Assembly (NCBI RefSeq): GCF_006345805.1
Contig: NC_043025.1
Span: 10,292,001 to 10,356,000, forward strand
Reading direction: 5' to 3'
DNA from: Octopus sinensis
Taxonomy: Eukaryota
DNA: 64,000 nt
The stretch's first letter is position 1. Each line of letters opens with the position of its first letter. This document shows positions 1 to 12,993 of this stretch, in pieces. Both the position numbers and the translations under genes were made by a program. The notes under the pieces are model-generated. The model was not told the DNA's origin. It ran no database searches and saw only the letters and a program-made list of their open reading frames with translations.

Positions 1-174
1 CAGTCTGATCTGGCAGTGGTTCTACGGCTGGATGCCCTTCCTAACGCCAACCACTCCGTGAGTGTAGTGGGTGCTTTTTACGTGCCACCGGCACAAGTGC
101 CAGGCAAGGCTGGCAAACGGCCACGGACGGATGGTGCTTTTTACGTGCCACCGGCACGGGGGCCAGGCGAGGCT
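1..174 (-). mobile_element. SINE family A ((GAT)n-tailed), partial copy cut by the window edge
   Basis: Contains the core ctggatgcccttcctaacgccaaccactcc shared with many other copies in the window. Confidence 0.85.
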
Positions 175-1145
175 AGATAAAAAATTTAAAGAAGCAGGCT
201 AAAACTAAAGTCAGTCAGATGTACACAATGAATATATAGGTTGATGCTCAGTGAAAGCTTTAGATGGAAGGAGTGGATATGATGTTTCGAGTATGGCCCT
301 TCATCAGAAAATAGAAAAAAGTCAAGAGAGAAGAGGAGGAAAGAGCAGATAGATAGTTAAGAGAAAAGCATGCATGTTGTTACATGACTTCTGTTGCTTT
401 TTTATTTTTGATTTGCCTATTATCCACACACTTCTATATCCTGATGACAAAGATCTTGAGTATTTCATTCTTAGATTACATTATACCTTTGAATTCCCTT
501 GGAGTATATCTATTCTGTAATATTGATTATATCTATATATATAACCACACATACACACATTGAATCTATTGTATGTGCCTACTCAGCTTTATGAATGTGA
601 TATCTAGTGTGTATAGATGTTATATTGCCATAGCTACTGTTATGTGTATATAGTTTGTATTATAGTAGATATGTGCGTGCATGTGTCTTTTATATACTTT
701 TGAAAGAATGGCCTATCCAAGGAGCTAGATATGTAGGTTTTCTGAGTAGTTGCGTATGTGTTGTAAGGTCTGTTTGATCAGAACTGAGCCACAATATTTG
801 CATGATGTGAGACAAATAATATATTCAGTAATGTAGATTGGAGTATATAGCATTATATCCTCGTCATCATTGTTTTATGTCTTCTTTCCATGCTGGCATA
901 GTGGGACAGATCATTACTATCCATATTAGCTACTACTTGACGATCTGCACAAACTGACATGAAGATATTGTCTTAAACAGCTTAGTGGACCATCTGTTGC
1001 TTGTAGATTCGATCAAAGTTGTAATCTTTCAACTTATATTGCAGTTGCTATTGTTTCTGTTTTTGTTCTGTTTTGTTGAAGTAAGCTCTAAGCTAACCCG
1101 TGATTGAAGATATTTCAGCTGTGACTATCCTATCTTTTTATTTTC

Positions 1146-1353
1146 GATCGTGGCCGTTTGCCAGCCTTGCCTGGCACACAAAAAGCACCCACTACACTCA
1201 CGAAGTGGTTGGCGTTAGGAAGGGCATCCAGCTGTAGAAACACTGCCAGATCAGACTGGGCCTGGCGTAGCTTTCTGGCTTCCCAGGTCCCGGTCGAACC
1301 GTCCAACCCATGCTAGCATGGAAAACGGACGTTAAACGATGATGATGATGATG
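1146..1353 (+). mobile_element. SINE family A
   Basis: Core ggcgttaggaagggcatccagctgtagaaac and 3' end gcatggaaaacggacgttaaacgat(gat)n. Confidence 0.9.
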
Positions 1354-3476
1354 TGTATCTTGGATGCATTATCAAATCAAATATGTCCTTCCTTCTTAAG
1401 ACTTTATAAGGTAGATTGTTAGTGGTTATTTGAGACTGTCTCTTTGGTTCTTGTTAACAGTACTTGTTTGATCCTTGTCAGTTCTGAATTGAGTAGCCTT
1501 ATGATCAAAACCTTTTGTACATTTTGATTAGACACACTATTCAATGTATTGGCAAACTGTGATAAACATTCTGGCTGTGACCATTCTGTCTTATTCAGAC
1601 ATTGTAGCTAGGTCACATTATGCAGTCTATCCCCTTTTTTAAAATTGTAGAGTGTAAATTAAGGTAGATTTGGCTGTTACTTCTAATAGTTTTAAGTAGT
1701 CAGTGTAAATAAATTACATGTTCTCATTAGCTTGTAAATGTTCCTTTTAATTTTTCCTAACAACTGAATGGAACTTTTAATGATTTGAGCAAAAGTATTT
1801 TAAATCCTAAGCTAGTGTAGGCATTCAAACTTTTTACGCACTTTAGCAAGCACATGCTTATAAATTTAAATGAGTGATAACAGTTGATGTGCACAGCACC
1901 AATATAGTCACTTCAAGGCTGTGCATCCATATGGCTTGGAGAATATGTTGCTTGCAGTTTATTTATAATTGAGTAGGTAACTAGAGAAAATGCTTTTAGC
2001 TGCTCACATGCTATCATCATTATCATTTAATGTCTATATTCTATGCTAGCAATGGGTTGAGCAGTTTAACAGGATCTGATGAGCTGGAGGGCTGCATTGA
2101 GCAAGGTTTCTGTGGTTGGATATCCTTCCTAATGCCAACTATTTTATGGTGTATACTGGCTGCTTTTTTCTTGTCCCTTGCTTAAGTGAGATTGCCAAGT
2201 AACTTACAAGAAGACAAGACCCCATTGATTGTGTGGAAACGGGGCAGTGTTGAAAGAGGTGGCTGGGAAGCTAGAGTACAATTATGTTTGTCTGTTGGAG
2301 TGAGGACCCTTCTCATCTTTACTGATGACTTGTATGGTGAAGAGTTGCACACTGTTAGCCATGCTTGTTCATGGCCATCTTCAATCCATGGCAAGACTAG
2401 GTCAAGATGATTGGGGAAGGAGATGGATGCAGTGAGCAACCAAGATGTTTTATTTGCCTCATCTTGCTATCTGCACTCCACAATGTGTTGCTGCAGCTGC
2501 CTTCCCTTCCATTGAGCCATGGAGGTTTCTTTTGCAGAATGAACTGGATCTAGTCTTCATGTGTGTGGATAGGCAAGCCCTAATATACTAATTAACACAT
2601 AGCTAGGACACAAGCAGGAAAAGCGGAAAGTATAGTGGAGAATAAGTATCAGGGTGCACATTCTCAGGAAGGTGGATAAAGAGAGACTGGGGACTGAGAA
2701 TCAAAGATGGCTTAGTGGGTAGGGTTGCAAGTGTGTAAAAGGAGAAGTGAACATGGATGGAAGATGAACAATGGTGAATCTCTGGAAGAATTTGACAAGT
2801 AGGAGTGTATCATGAAGGAATATGTGGTTGGTAATAAATAAATAAGTTACGGATATATTCCAGATTCAAAGAAACTGGTGAGATTCTGCTTCGGCACCAG
2901 TAGACCAAAAGGTTCATGGGGATGTGAGTAGTGTAGAATTTTAATGTTTTAGGACTTGTCCTTCGTTACAGTAAAATATCAGCCAAAGTATTTTGACATT
3001 GTAAGCTAGATTATTTCTAAAAAACTCATTGAGATATATGGGACAAGTATATAAAGCATTCATATTATTGGAAATATGTCAAATAGGCAAAGGCATCTTT
3101 GATCATGTGAGGAGAAGGGGACATTTTTTTTGTGCCGACATAGTTTATTCATGTGTGAACTGTATAGCTACATAGTTAAATGAATAATTTCAATAGCCAG
3201 TTTGGATTAGTTTTGTTCAAACAAGACAAATGTTCACTACTGTATGAGGTTTTTTTTTTTGCCATCTTTTGTTAAGGATTTTATGTTACTTGTATATTAA
3301 TTTAAGCCTTTAGCTTTTAGATTACTGTGTCAAGTGAATAAATAGTGTATTATGTTATAGCTTCAAAATTTCGATGATGTGATTATTTATTTTGTGAACG
3401 ACATTGTTGGGTATGTGTGGGAGGGTGAATCTGTCCATTTTGAACATAAAACAGGTAAAATATTTTGCCCTCGTAT

Positions 3477-3782
3477 CATCATCATCATCATCATTTAACG
3501 TCCGTTTTCCATGCTAGCATGGGTTGGACGGTTTTGACTGAGGGCTGGCAACCAGATGGCAGCACCAGGCTCCAGTCTTGATCTGGCAGAGTTTCTACAG
3601 CTGGATGCCCTTCCTAACGCCAACCACTCTGAGAGTGTAGTGGATGCTTTTTATGTGCCACCTGCACGGGGGCCAGTCAGGCGGTACTGGTAATGACCTC
3701 GCTCGAATCTTTTTACACGTGCCACTGACACAGGTGCCGGTGAAGCGACGTTGGTAACAATCACACTCGAATGGTGCCCTTT
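3477..3782 (-). mobile_element. SINE family A, variant subfamily
   Basis: Begins with (cat)n followed by the family core; diagnostic ttttgactgagggctggc segment. Confidence 0.9.
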
Positions 3783-4951
3783 TATATGGGTGGTTTAAAT
3801 GCTAAAGGGTTAAAGTAGCCCTTTGTCAGCCTTGATCACAGAGCCATCTATTTTGCAGATATAGTACAACCCATTGCATTACACAATGTGACCTTCCTCT
3901 TTTAATATTATACAATTACATTTGAGGGAAATTGGGCTGTGATTTCTAGTAGTTTGATAAACCTCTCAGAGATTATCCTTTTAGGAGTGAGGAATAACAA
4001 AAAAGAATATCCAGCCATGATCACCCCATCGCTTTTTCAGACATAATACACTTTGTTACATTATCCAATGTAACCTTTTAATATGGTAGGGTTACATTTG
4101 AAGGAGATTTGGCTGCTATTTCATGCAGATTGATAAATCATGTAGAGGTTCTTTTGTTCGGGATGAAGGACAGCTTTTTAATGAGATTCTAAATGTTATT
4201 CTGTTTTCATTATTTAAATTTTAATGTTTCTTTCCAATTAGTATTTTCATGTAGGTGAGTTGCTTGACAACCCAGATGGAGTAAAACATATGACCACATA
4301 GAGGGCTCAATCGTAATTAAGATGTGAAACTTCCTTACACAGCTTGATATCGATCGATAATTGAAGCCATTTCATTTCACCCATGCTTCATAAACATAAT
4401 ATTTGTCTAAAATATTGTTTATTACAACTTCAACATCGTTAATGGGTTGTTTGTAGATAGAGAGAGAAAATTTATGACTATTTGCCAGTTTGTGTGTAGT
4501 TTATTGATATATGAAGTGGAATTTTGACCTTGGTGTTTGTAGATTAGGAGGGTTGGCTTAAACTGCTGCTTCGTTCCATCTGGCATGCTGACTTAATTGA
4601 ATATGTTGCATACAGAGTTTTTGTTTTCTTTATTCTTGGTTAGTGAATAATAATAAAGTTGAGTATTGAATGAGAGAGAAAAGGGTCTCATTTCTGTGAT
4701 GACTTCAAATTATCATCAGTGTTTTTAATGTTTTCATTTCCATGCTCACATGGGTTGGACAGAATTTACTTAGGTAAACTTTCTACAGCTCTTTTTATTG
4801 CCTGCCAAACCTTACTTCTTTCCAAGTGAGGCAGTATTTCTCCATGGCCAGGTATATTTTCGATTTCTTTATTACCCACAAGGGGCCAACATAGAAGATA
4901 CAGAACATTGGGGACATAAAACATCACAATTACGTGTATGAAAAAATGGAT

Positions 4952-5224
4952 GCCAGCCTCGCCTGGCCCCTGTGCCGGTGACACGTAAAAGCACCATCCG
5001 TTCGTGGCCGTTTGCCAGCTCTGTCTGGCACCTGTGCGGGTGGCACGTAAAAAGCACCCACTACACTCGCGGGGTGGTTGGCGTTAGGAAGGGCATCCAG
5101 CCGTAGAAACACTGCCAGATCTGACTGGGCCTGACGAAGCCTTCCAGCTTCACAGACCCCAGTTGAACCGTCCAACCCATGCTAGCATGGAAAGCGGACG
5201 CTAAATGATGATGATGATGATGAT
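4952..5224 (+). mobile_element. SINE family A
   Basis: Family core plus (gat)n tail. Confidence 0.9.
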
Positions 5225-5801
5225 AGATGAAAGTGATACTAATTGGCACCATCCGCTAGCATCACTTACCTGTCCGAAATACAATACACATTATTCTCTA
5301 TTTTCTTCTCAAATCTCTTTTCCAGTTCCGTAATTGTCTCTTTTTTCAATTCAATTCTAAACACTTTATTGTTCATCCCTTTACATTTTTCCATGAATTC
5401 CTCTAAACATTCATCCACGATTAAAGCGCACGTATCACTGTCCCTGTCACACCATTGATAGTCTTTCAACATCTCTTTTGTGTCTTTTCTCCTCGTAATA
5501 AATAGAAAACGGAAGATTGGAAACAGACATCACTTGTACTCCACAGTTGCTCATTTATAAGTCTTTAATGAAGTTGAGACAAGGTAATGACAACACATAT
5601 ACATAACTAGCTTCTTTCAGTTTCTGCCTACCAAATCCACTCACAAGGCTTTGATCAGCTTGTGGCTCTAATTGAAGACACTTGCCCAAGATGCTATCCA
5701 TGGGACCGAACTCAAAACCATATGGTCAGGAAGCAAATTTCTTGACTACACAGCCATGCCTACACTCCAGTTAATCAGTGATTTATATTTAAAAGTGGTA
5801 T

Positions 5802-6029
5802 TTAACCCTTTCGTTACTGTATTCATTTTGAGATGCTCTGTGTTTCTTTCAATTACTTTATATAGAACAAAGAATTTAATAAAATAACTTAGTTATCATT
5901 CAGCTAGTGTTAGGAACATAAATTGTGACTAAGTTTTGGTGGAAGATTTTAATTCAAAACTTATGAAAACAAGACATTTGTACTCAGAACCAGAACCGGT
6001 TTCAGCCGGTTTGGTCATGAAAGAGTTAA
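5802..6029 (+). mobile_element. piggyBac-type MITE
   Basis: TTAA flanks and left TIR CCCTTTCGTTAC; the right TIR is degenerate. Confidence 0.85.
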
Positions 6030-7560
6030 GCATTAAATATTAAGACAAACAGTGTCTGATATGTTGTCCCAATATATTTTACATGATTAATGAAGAATGA
6101 CAAAAGTTGTTTGTTTAAGGAAAGTAAGTAAGCTGGCTACAATGCCACCACCAGTTCCACTTTTTGCCACATGTGCCATACATCTTACATAGCATGTTCC
6201 AGTTTTTATGTTAAATGTTGCAATTCCATCGTTATTGCGAGTGACATTTACAGAATTTTTAAATGAAAGTTATTTTAGTAATTTTGTATCATTTTAAAAT
6301 TTGGTTTTGTATGCAAGAAAAAAAAATTTCTAATTTTGCTCACTTCTAAATGAGCTTGTTGACCTATGATCAAAGATGATCCATCCATGATCATTGCATT
6401 TTTTTGTATCAGTGACTGAATTATCCAAATTTACACATTTATTAAAGACAGACTGTAGTTGAAGGAATATGGAATATGGTTGTTGTTTCTTGCAGGCTGA
6501 GCAATTGCTTTGAGGTTCACATGTTAATAATCAAGTTGATTATCTCTCTGGAACAGAAGTTCTCAAATTGTGGTACAGTTAGCACTAGAGGTACACAAGA
6601 TAAATGTGGGGGCATGCAATGTTTGCAAAATACCGAGATTTTGAGATAATCACATTTTCAAGACAGTTGGTTAACATGCACAGTGGACTTTCTACATTTT
6701 CTACCTATGAGTTCTTATAAGGCATTGGTCAGTCTCAGGCAAAACAGAAGGCACCTCTCCACACTGCTGTGCAATAGAAACAGACCTGAAACCATGTGGT
6801 TGTGATTATGGTTATGATTATTAATGCTTCATTAACACTTATTTTGCTAATGAAATTTTGCCTGCCATCAATATCATTTGATGTCTGTTTTGTCTATGTT
6901 AGGTTGGACTAGTCTTCTCTAAGTAAGGCATCTCTCCACTTGTTGCTGTCTTTTCTGACCTCCTTTGTGGGGTTCAGCATCTTTAAGTTGGTCAACTTTC
7001 CCTACTTCCTTGGTTTTGCCACCCCCCTTTTTTTTTCTGTATTGGCCAGCTGTCATATATATTACATGTCTGTTACCAGCACATCTAATTTCTTTTTTGT
7101 GTCTGCGTGTTCCAATGAATTTTGAACTCTGTCTGAACCAAATACTGCAAAGTGACTAGCTTGAATTGTGCCAAAGGTTGTTGTAATTGTAGACCCACCC
7201 ATCCAATAATCTAAATTTAAAAATAATTATAAATGTGGCAAGTAAAATGGCTGAAATAGAATTTAATTTTCTTTTTTAATATTTCTGTTGAATAACAGCT
7301 TTTGTTTCACTTAATGTTGAAAATAAGGAATTCAGTAAAATAACCATGTCATTATTAAGTTGGTGTTCGGAACATATTTTAACATGAAATTTTGGAAGGT
7401 GTATTTTTCTTTAATTTACATCACTTTAAAAACAGGAACTTTATATCTTAAAACCAAGGGTTCAAAAAGTTTAGGACATGTAATAGAAGGATTTGGAAAC
7501 TCTCATATGACTAAGATATTTCTATTTGAACAGAAATTAACATGAAATTTTCAGATCACT

Positions 7561-7788
7561 TTAACCCTTTCGTTACTGTATTTATTTTGAGATGCTCTCT
7601 GTTTCTTTCAATTACTTTAACTATAACAAAGAATTTAGTAAAATAACTTAGTTATAATTAAGCTAGTGTTAAGCATATAAATTGTGACTAAGGTTTGGTG
7701 GAAGATATTAATACAAAACTTATGAAAACAAGACATTTGTACTCAGAGCCAGAGCCGGTTTCAGCCGGGTTGGTAACGAAAGGGTTAA
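7561..7788 (+). mobile_element. piggyBac-type MITE
   Basis: TTAA-CCCTTTCGTTAC ... GTAACGAAAGGG-TTAA: perfect TIRs and TTAA target-site duplication. Confidence 0.92.
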
Positions 7789-7893
7789 AACTGGAATTTT
7801 GCTTCATAGAAGTAGAGTCAGTATTAAGTGATGGTGATTAATTTTTGGGAAAAACCATTTAGTTAGAAATCTTATTCCTCCATTGTCCCCCAT

Positions 7894-7896
<3 letters not shown>

Positions 7897-7946
<50 letters not shown>

Positions 7947-7955
7947 CTCTCTCTC
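7897..7955. repeat. (CT)n microsatellite
   Basis: Read directly from the sequence. Confidence 0.95.
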
Positions 7956-8059
7956 TCACCTCTTTCTGTCTCATATGCCAACTTTATTGTTAGAAATCTC
8001 AACTAATTCCTGTTTTTTGTTTTTCTATTTCAGCTTGAAAAATATTGCAATAAGCAGCG

Positions 8060-8113
8060 ATGGCCGACGATTTTGATGTTGAAGCTATGCTGGAAGCTCC
8101 TTATAGGAAAGAA
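8060..8113 (+). CDS. RBM39: RBM39/Caper first coding exon (exon 8034-8113, with 26 nt of 5'UTR); encodes MADDFDVEAMLEAPYRKE
   Basis: Pyrimidine tract and cag acceptor end at 8033. ATG at 8060 and GAA|GTAAGC donor at 8114 (phase 0). The peptide closely matches the human RBM39 N-terminus MADDIDIEAMLEAPYKK. Confidence 0.95.
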
Positions 8114-8120
8114 GTAAGCA

Positions 8121-8170
8121 TAATAATAACAATAATAATAATAATAATAATGATAATAATAATAATAATA
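8121..8170. repeat. (AAT)n microsatellite
   Basis: Read directly; starts about 7 nt after the exon donor. Confidence 0.95.
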
Positions 8171-10013
8171 TCATAGTAACGTTATATGTTAAAGCAGGCA
8201 GCTTGATGGCAGAAACTTAAAACTACTTAAACAACAGGATATCCTTTCAAATAATGTCACAATTTTATTTTTTTATTAAGTAAATGTGTACTCCATAATC
8301 TACCTACCCAGCTTATAACGTATACATACACATGCACACCCGTGAAGTTTGTCATAGTGAGGGTTGGGTGGGGGGGTTGGTAGGGTCAGTATTGAATGTT
8401 CTGCACTATTTAACATTTTAATGATTTACTGGTCCAAATATCTTCGTTTCACGATGTGCAACTAGTAACTTAAGCCTATTTATTTTATAGTTTCCCCCCT
8501 GCCCCACTAACTTTGAGATCCCTTTATTTAGCATGTGTTGATAGTGTTTTTGTCGAGAGATCTTGTGATGGCTCCTTTGGCTCAACAATTGATTGGTCCC
8601 TGTCTGGGTGGATTTGAGCCCAGCTGTAGTAAATTACAAAATAACACAGTTGCTGGTTACACAATAATAATCAGCTGTTGCTATTCTTTTTTTAATAAGC
8701 CTGCTGGCCTTTGGGCAATGTCAGTGCCTAAAAAAAATACTGAAGTTCTATAGTTGTAGATTCAGCTGTTATACCAAACCGCTATCAGATGTCTGCCACT
8801 GAAGAAACTAGGTAGGCTGAAATTATGTGATCTGGCAGTTCATCTGTGTATAACAAATGATTCTTGTTTGCCAATGATATAAATATAAGTTCTTTTATGC
8901 ACCAGGTGTCCAAGAGAAGTCTTCTCTGGGTAAACAATGCAGTATTTGGTGTTCTAACAAAATATCCATATAAAGTTGGATATAAAAATTGCCTTTTGGC
9001 ATTAATATTGCTTCTGTCACTATTATTTACTGTATTAAAATTGTTTTAAATCAGATGTGCACACCCGTTGCATTTAGCTATAAAGGAATATGCATGCTCT
9101 AATGTAGTAGTTCCCTGCCTTTTCACTATCAAGGACCCCTTTTATTTAAATGAGTTTTCCCATGGACCCCTAGTACTACTTTTGCGGACCACAGGTTGGG
9201 AACCCTTGCTCTAATGTGTGTGGAGCATTTGAGACAAGTTTTCTAAATGTTCTGATATTTCTAACTTCTCTCAAAAGTTGGTGGCAAACTTGCAGGCCAT
9301 ACAGAGCACACAATTATCATCATCATTTTAATGTTATTTCTAGCAGGTCTATAGAAATCTTCTCTGGGCATATGGTGGTTATAGTTATATTTATTTTCAT
9401 GGTCTGTCTTGACTGATCAGACGATGAGACTAATTTTTAATGAGAGTGTTAGGTAGGTCTGGCATGAGTCCTAGGATCCACAGGACTGGAGTTTAACCAG
9501 GTTTCCCTAATGTAAAAAAAAAGGGTGTTTGCAATTACTAAATTCCTCCACTGAATGGGGACACAGGTTTGTTGTAGTCAACTTCCCAGCTATTACTGGA
9601 ACTTATTTACAATTGCGTGAACTGGAGCAACACGAAATGAAGTGCTCTGCTCAAGAACACAATGCATTATTTGAGAATTGAACCACAATCTTATGATAAT
9701 GAGTGCAATACCTTAACCCCTGGGTCATGCACTTTCACAACAAGAGTGTGGGTGAGATGTAAAGGAAATTTGGTTGCTACTTCTAGCTGGTCAGAGAACC
9801 ATCTAAAGGACTGCATTAACTGACGAGTGGCTAGGGGTTTTGAGAATTCAGTGAATTTATGTGGGATAGCAAGCAACAGTTGGGATCCAAGACATGTGCC
9901 ATCATACACCATTGTGTGATTTGTTCCACCCTGATCACTCAACCATAAGGTTAACTAAATTTATATACATTATTGCTTCTCTTTCTTTGTGTCATTTAGA
10001 GCAAGACACCATA

Positions 10014-10071
10014 ATGTCTCTTAACATGTATACATGTCTCTTAACATGTATACATGTCTCTTAACATGTAT
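10014..10071 (+). repeat. 20-bp minisatellite, about 3 copies
   Basis: tgtctcttaacatgtataca repeated. Confidence 0.9.
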
Positions 10072-10997
10072 ATGTATACTTGTAGTTCATTATATTGTTT
10101 GTGTGGATTCACCTAAATGATTGTTTTTTTTTCTGAATGAACATAAATGGTTTCTGACACAGGTAGATTTCTCTGCTGCATTGTAGGTGAATATCTTCTA
10201 TTGCCCCAGGCTGACAAATATCATGTGCATGAAATTTAGTGAACAGAGGTTAATGTGGAAGTGTTTTGTGTATGATTTTAGTCCTTGGACCATGCACATG
10301 TACATACACACAGTCCTGAAACCTGTCTTTGTTTAAATGTAGACACACCTTAATTGAATATTCATATGACTGAAGTTACATTTTAACTGTATACAGCTTG
10401 TCTATTAATTAATTAATACTAGCAGGATCTGTGAAAATTCCACAGTGCTAGTCTATATTTGAAAATATTATGTTATTGTACAAGCAAAGAATTTCAAACA
10501 GTTGTTTTGAAATCCTGCCCTTTAATAAAAACTGTACTTTAGAATATAACTGAAATAGACTTAAAAGGTATTGACTATTTTTCTTCTTTTAATATTTTGA
10601 CAGATATTTTGTACTTTTTAGTTTAAGGAAATAAAAGCTGAATTAAATTGCTAAAACGTATTCGTATATTTGTATAGACAGACGGACACACACACAAATA
10701 CAGTTTTCGCTGCCCACCCACCACCAGAGCTCAGTTATTTACCAATTGAGATTATTTTCCTTTCTTTTCAGTTTAGTTCAGCTACATATCTACTTGTGTA
10801 TTTATTAGTGTATGTCTCTATCCGTTGACATATCTGCAGACTCATCTGTGTGCTTACCTGTCTATCAAAAGAAAATGCAGATATGATAGTTATCTAACTA
10901 GCTTGTCAACTAGGCTATCTGCATTCTCTTCTGTATTTATCTCCTCTCCCCCCAAAATAATGATACCTCAGCATTTGGTTAGGAGCATTTTTTTATT

Positions 10998-11357
10998 ATT
11001 TGTTTCAGTCATTTGACTGTGGCCATGCTGGAGCACCAGCTTTAAGTTGAGCAAATCGACCTCAGGATTTATTCTTTGTAAGCTTAGAACTAATTCTATT
11101 GGTCTCTTTTGCCGAACCGCTAAGTTACGGGGATGTAAACACACCAGCATCGGTTGTCAAGCGATGTTGTGGGGACAAACACATACATATATACGACGGG
11201 CTACTTTCAGTTTCCGTCTACCAAATCCACTCACAAGGCTTTGGTCGGCCCGAGGCTATAGTAGAAGACACTTGCCCAAGGTGCCACGCAGTGGGACTGG
11301 ACCCGGAACCATGTGGTTCGTAAGCAAGCTACTTACCACACAGCCACTCCTACGCCT
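10998..11357 (-). mobile_element. tRNA-derived SINE family B
   Basis: Reverse complement of the 20675-21078 copy, with tRNA-like A/B boxes and a ccttgggcaagtg CORE-like segment. Confidence 0.9.
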
Positions 11358-11568
11358 AACATGTAAAAGATAAATTTGTAACATCTACAGCTATTGACTA
11401 CAGTTATTTCACTTCAACTATTTATCAATATGTCTTCTGTGTGCATAAATCAATAAATTTCCATGACATTGTGTTGCTATGTTAGACATTTCGACTGTAC
11501 CTGCAATTCGAACACACAAATGTAGAATAATAGAAACCTCTTCTATTTGTTTCTCTCTTTCTCTCTCT

Positions 11569-11571
<3 letters not shown>

Positions 11572-11643
<72 letters not shown>
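11572..11643. repeat. (CA)n microsatellite
   Basis: Read directly from the sequence. Confidence 0.97.
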
Positions 11644-11646
<3 letters not shown>

Positions 11647-11774
11647 TTTCTTTGCATCAACATTGTTATATGTATAGCATTATTGTCATTTTATGTCCAC
11701 TTTACTAGCTTGTTATGAATTGCCTTATTCAAAGTTGGTGGAAGTCATTTTGCCTTAGTATATATAGCCACCGA

Positions 11775-11965
11775 TGTTATTCAAGGGAAAGGCAAAGGGG
11801 CCGATTCAGCTTGGCACCAGTGATGTCACAACTCATTTCTACAGCTGAATGAACAAGAGCAATGTGAAATAAAATGTCTTGCTCAAGAACACAGCTCAGT
11901 CCAGGAATTGAACTCACTACCTCATGATTGTGAGCCTGACATTCTAACCACTGAACCATGCATCT
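11775..11965 (-). mobile_element. tRNA/CORE-like SINE family D
   Basis: Shares ggcaccagtga..cacaactcattt..acagctga and gctcaagaacac with the 58870-59176 copy. Confidence 0.7.
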
Positions 11966-12278
11966 TCACCCATTATACTAAGCCCACTTTATTTTCCTAC
12001 TTTCCCTGCCGTGAGCCCTATAGACCCATAAAGTTGGAACTTATTCAAGTTTACTGTGTGTTTAGGTTGAGTGTACAGACAGAACACTAGGCCTTCACAG
12101 GATTAAGTCCTTGGTGCCACTGGTACTCATTCTCAGCTGAGTATAGTAGTGTGTAATGAAGTGTCTTGGTCAAGTACACAATGCACCATCTTTCCAAGAG
12201 TTGGACTCCTAACCTAATGATTGCGAGTTCAACACCCAAACTACTACGCTATACATTTTCATATTTTCTCTAGATAGC

Positions 12279-12505
12279 TTAACCCTTTTGTTACTCTATT
12301 TATTTGAGATGCTCTTTGTTTCTTTCAATTACTTTGAATATAACAAAGAATTTAGTAAAATAACTTGGTTATCATTAAGCTAGTGTTAGGAACGTAAATT
12401 GTGACTAAGGTTTGGTGGAAGATTTTAATCCCAAACTTATGAAAACAAGACATTTGTACTCAGAGCCAGAGTTGGTTTCAGCCGGGTTGGTAACGAAAGG
12501 GTTAA
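12279..12505 (+). mobile_element. piggyBac-type MITE (first of an adjacent pair)
   Basis: Same consensus and TTAA flanks. Confidence 0.9.
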
Positions 12506-12521
12506 AAATATCATGGTGACT

Positions 12522-12750
12522 TTAACTCTTTTGTTACCGTATTTATTTTGAGATGTTCTGTGTTTCTTTCAATTAATTTTAAATATAACAAAGAATTTAG
12601 TAAAATATCTTAGTTATCATTCAGCTAGTGTTAGGAACGTAAATTGTGACTAAGGTTTGGTGGAAGATTTTAATTCAGAACTTATGAAAACAAGACATTT
12701 GTACTCAGAGCCAGAGTTGGTTTCAGCCGGGTTGGTAACGAAAGGGTTAA
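12522..12750 (+). mobile_element. piggyBac-type MITE (second of the pair, 16 bp after the first)
   Basis: Same consensus and TTAA flanks. Confidence 0.9.
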
Positions 12751-12993
12751 AATTAGAACCTATCAGGGAAAAGCAAACAGCAGATAAATTCATTCTCACA
12801 TATATTACAGCTTAATTTTCAATACAAAATGATAAATGCATAACAGTTACTATTTGTATGTATTTCAGAATATTCTAGCCTTTGTTACAAATGCAGGAGG
12901 ACAACGGGGATCTTTTTGTTTTAAACTGCATCGGCTTTATGTTTATGCATCCTTTACATATCCACATACATACATTTATATTTATATGTATAT

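Noticed and set aside
2182-2560. ORFs 2182-2439 and 2186-2410
   Set aside because: Probably decayed retroelement sequence, but I could not recognise a diagnostic motif, so no call is made.
10755-10830. Strong acceptor ttttcctttcttttcag at 10771
   Set aside because: No convincing donor, followed by low-complexity sequence and a SINE; no other support.
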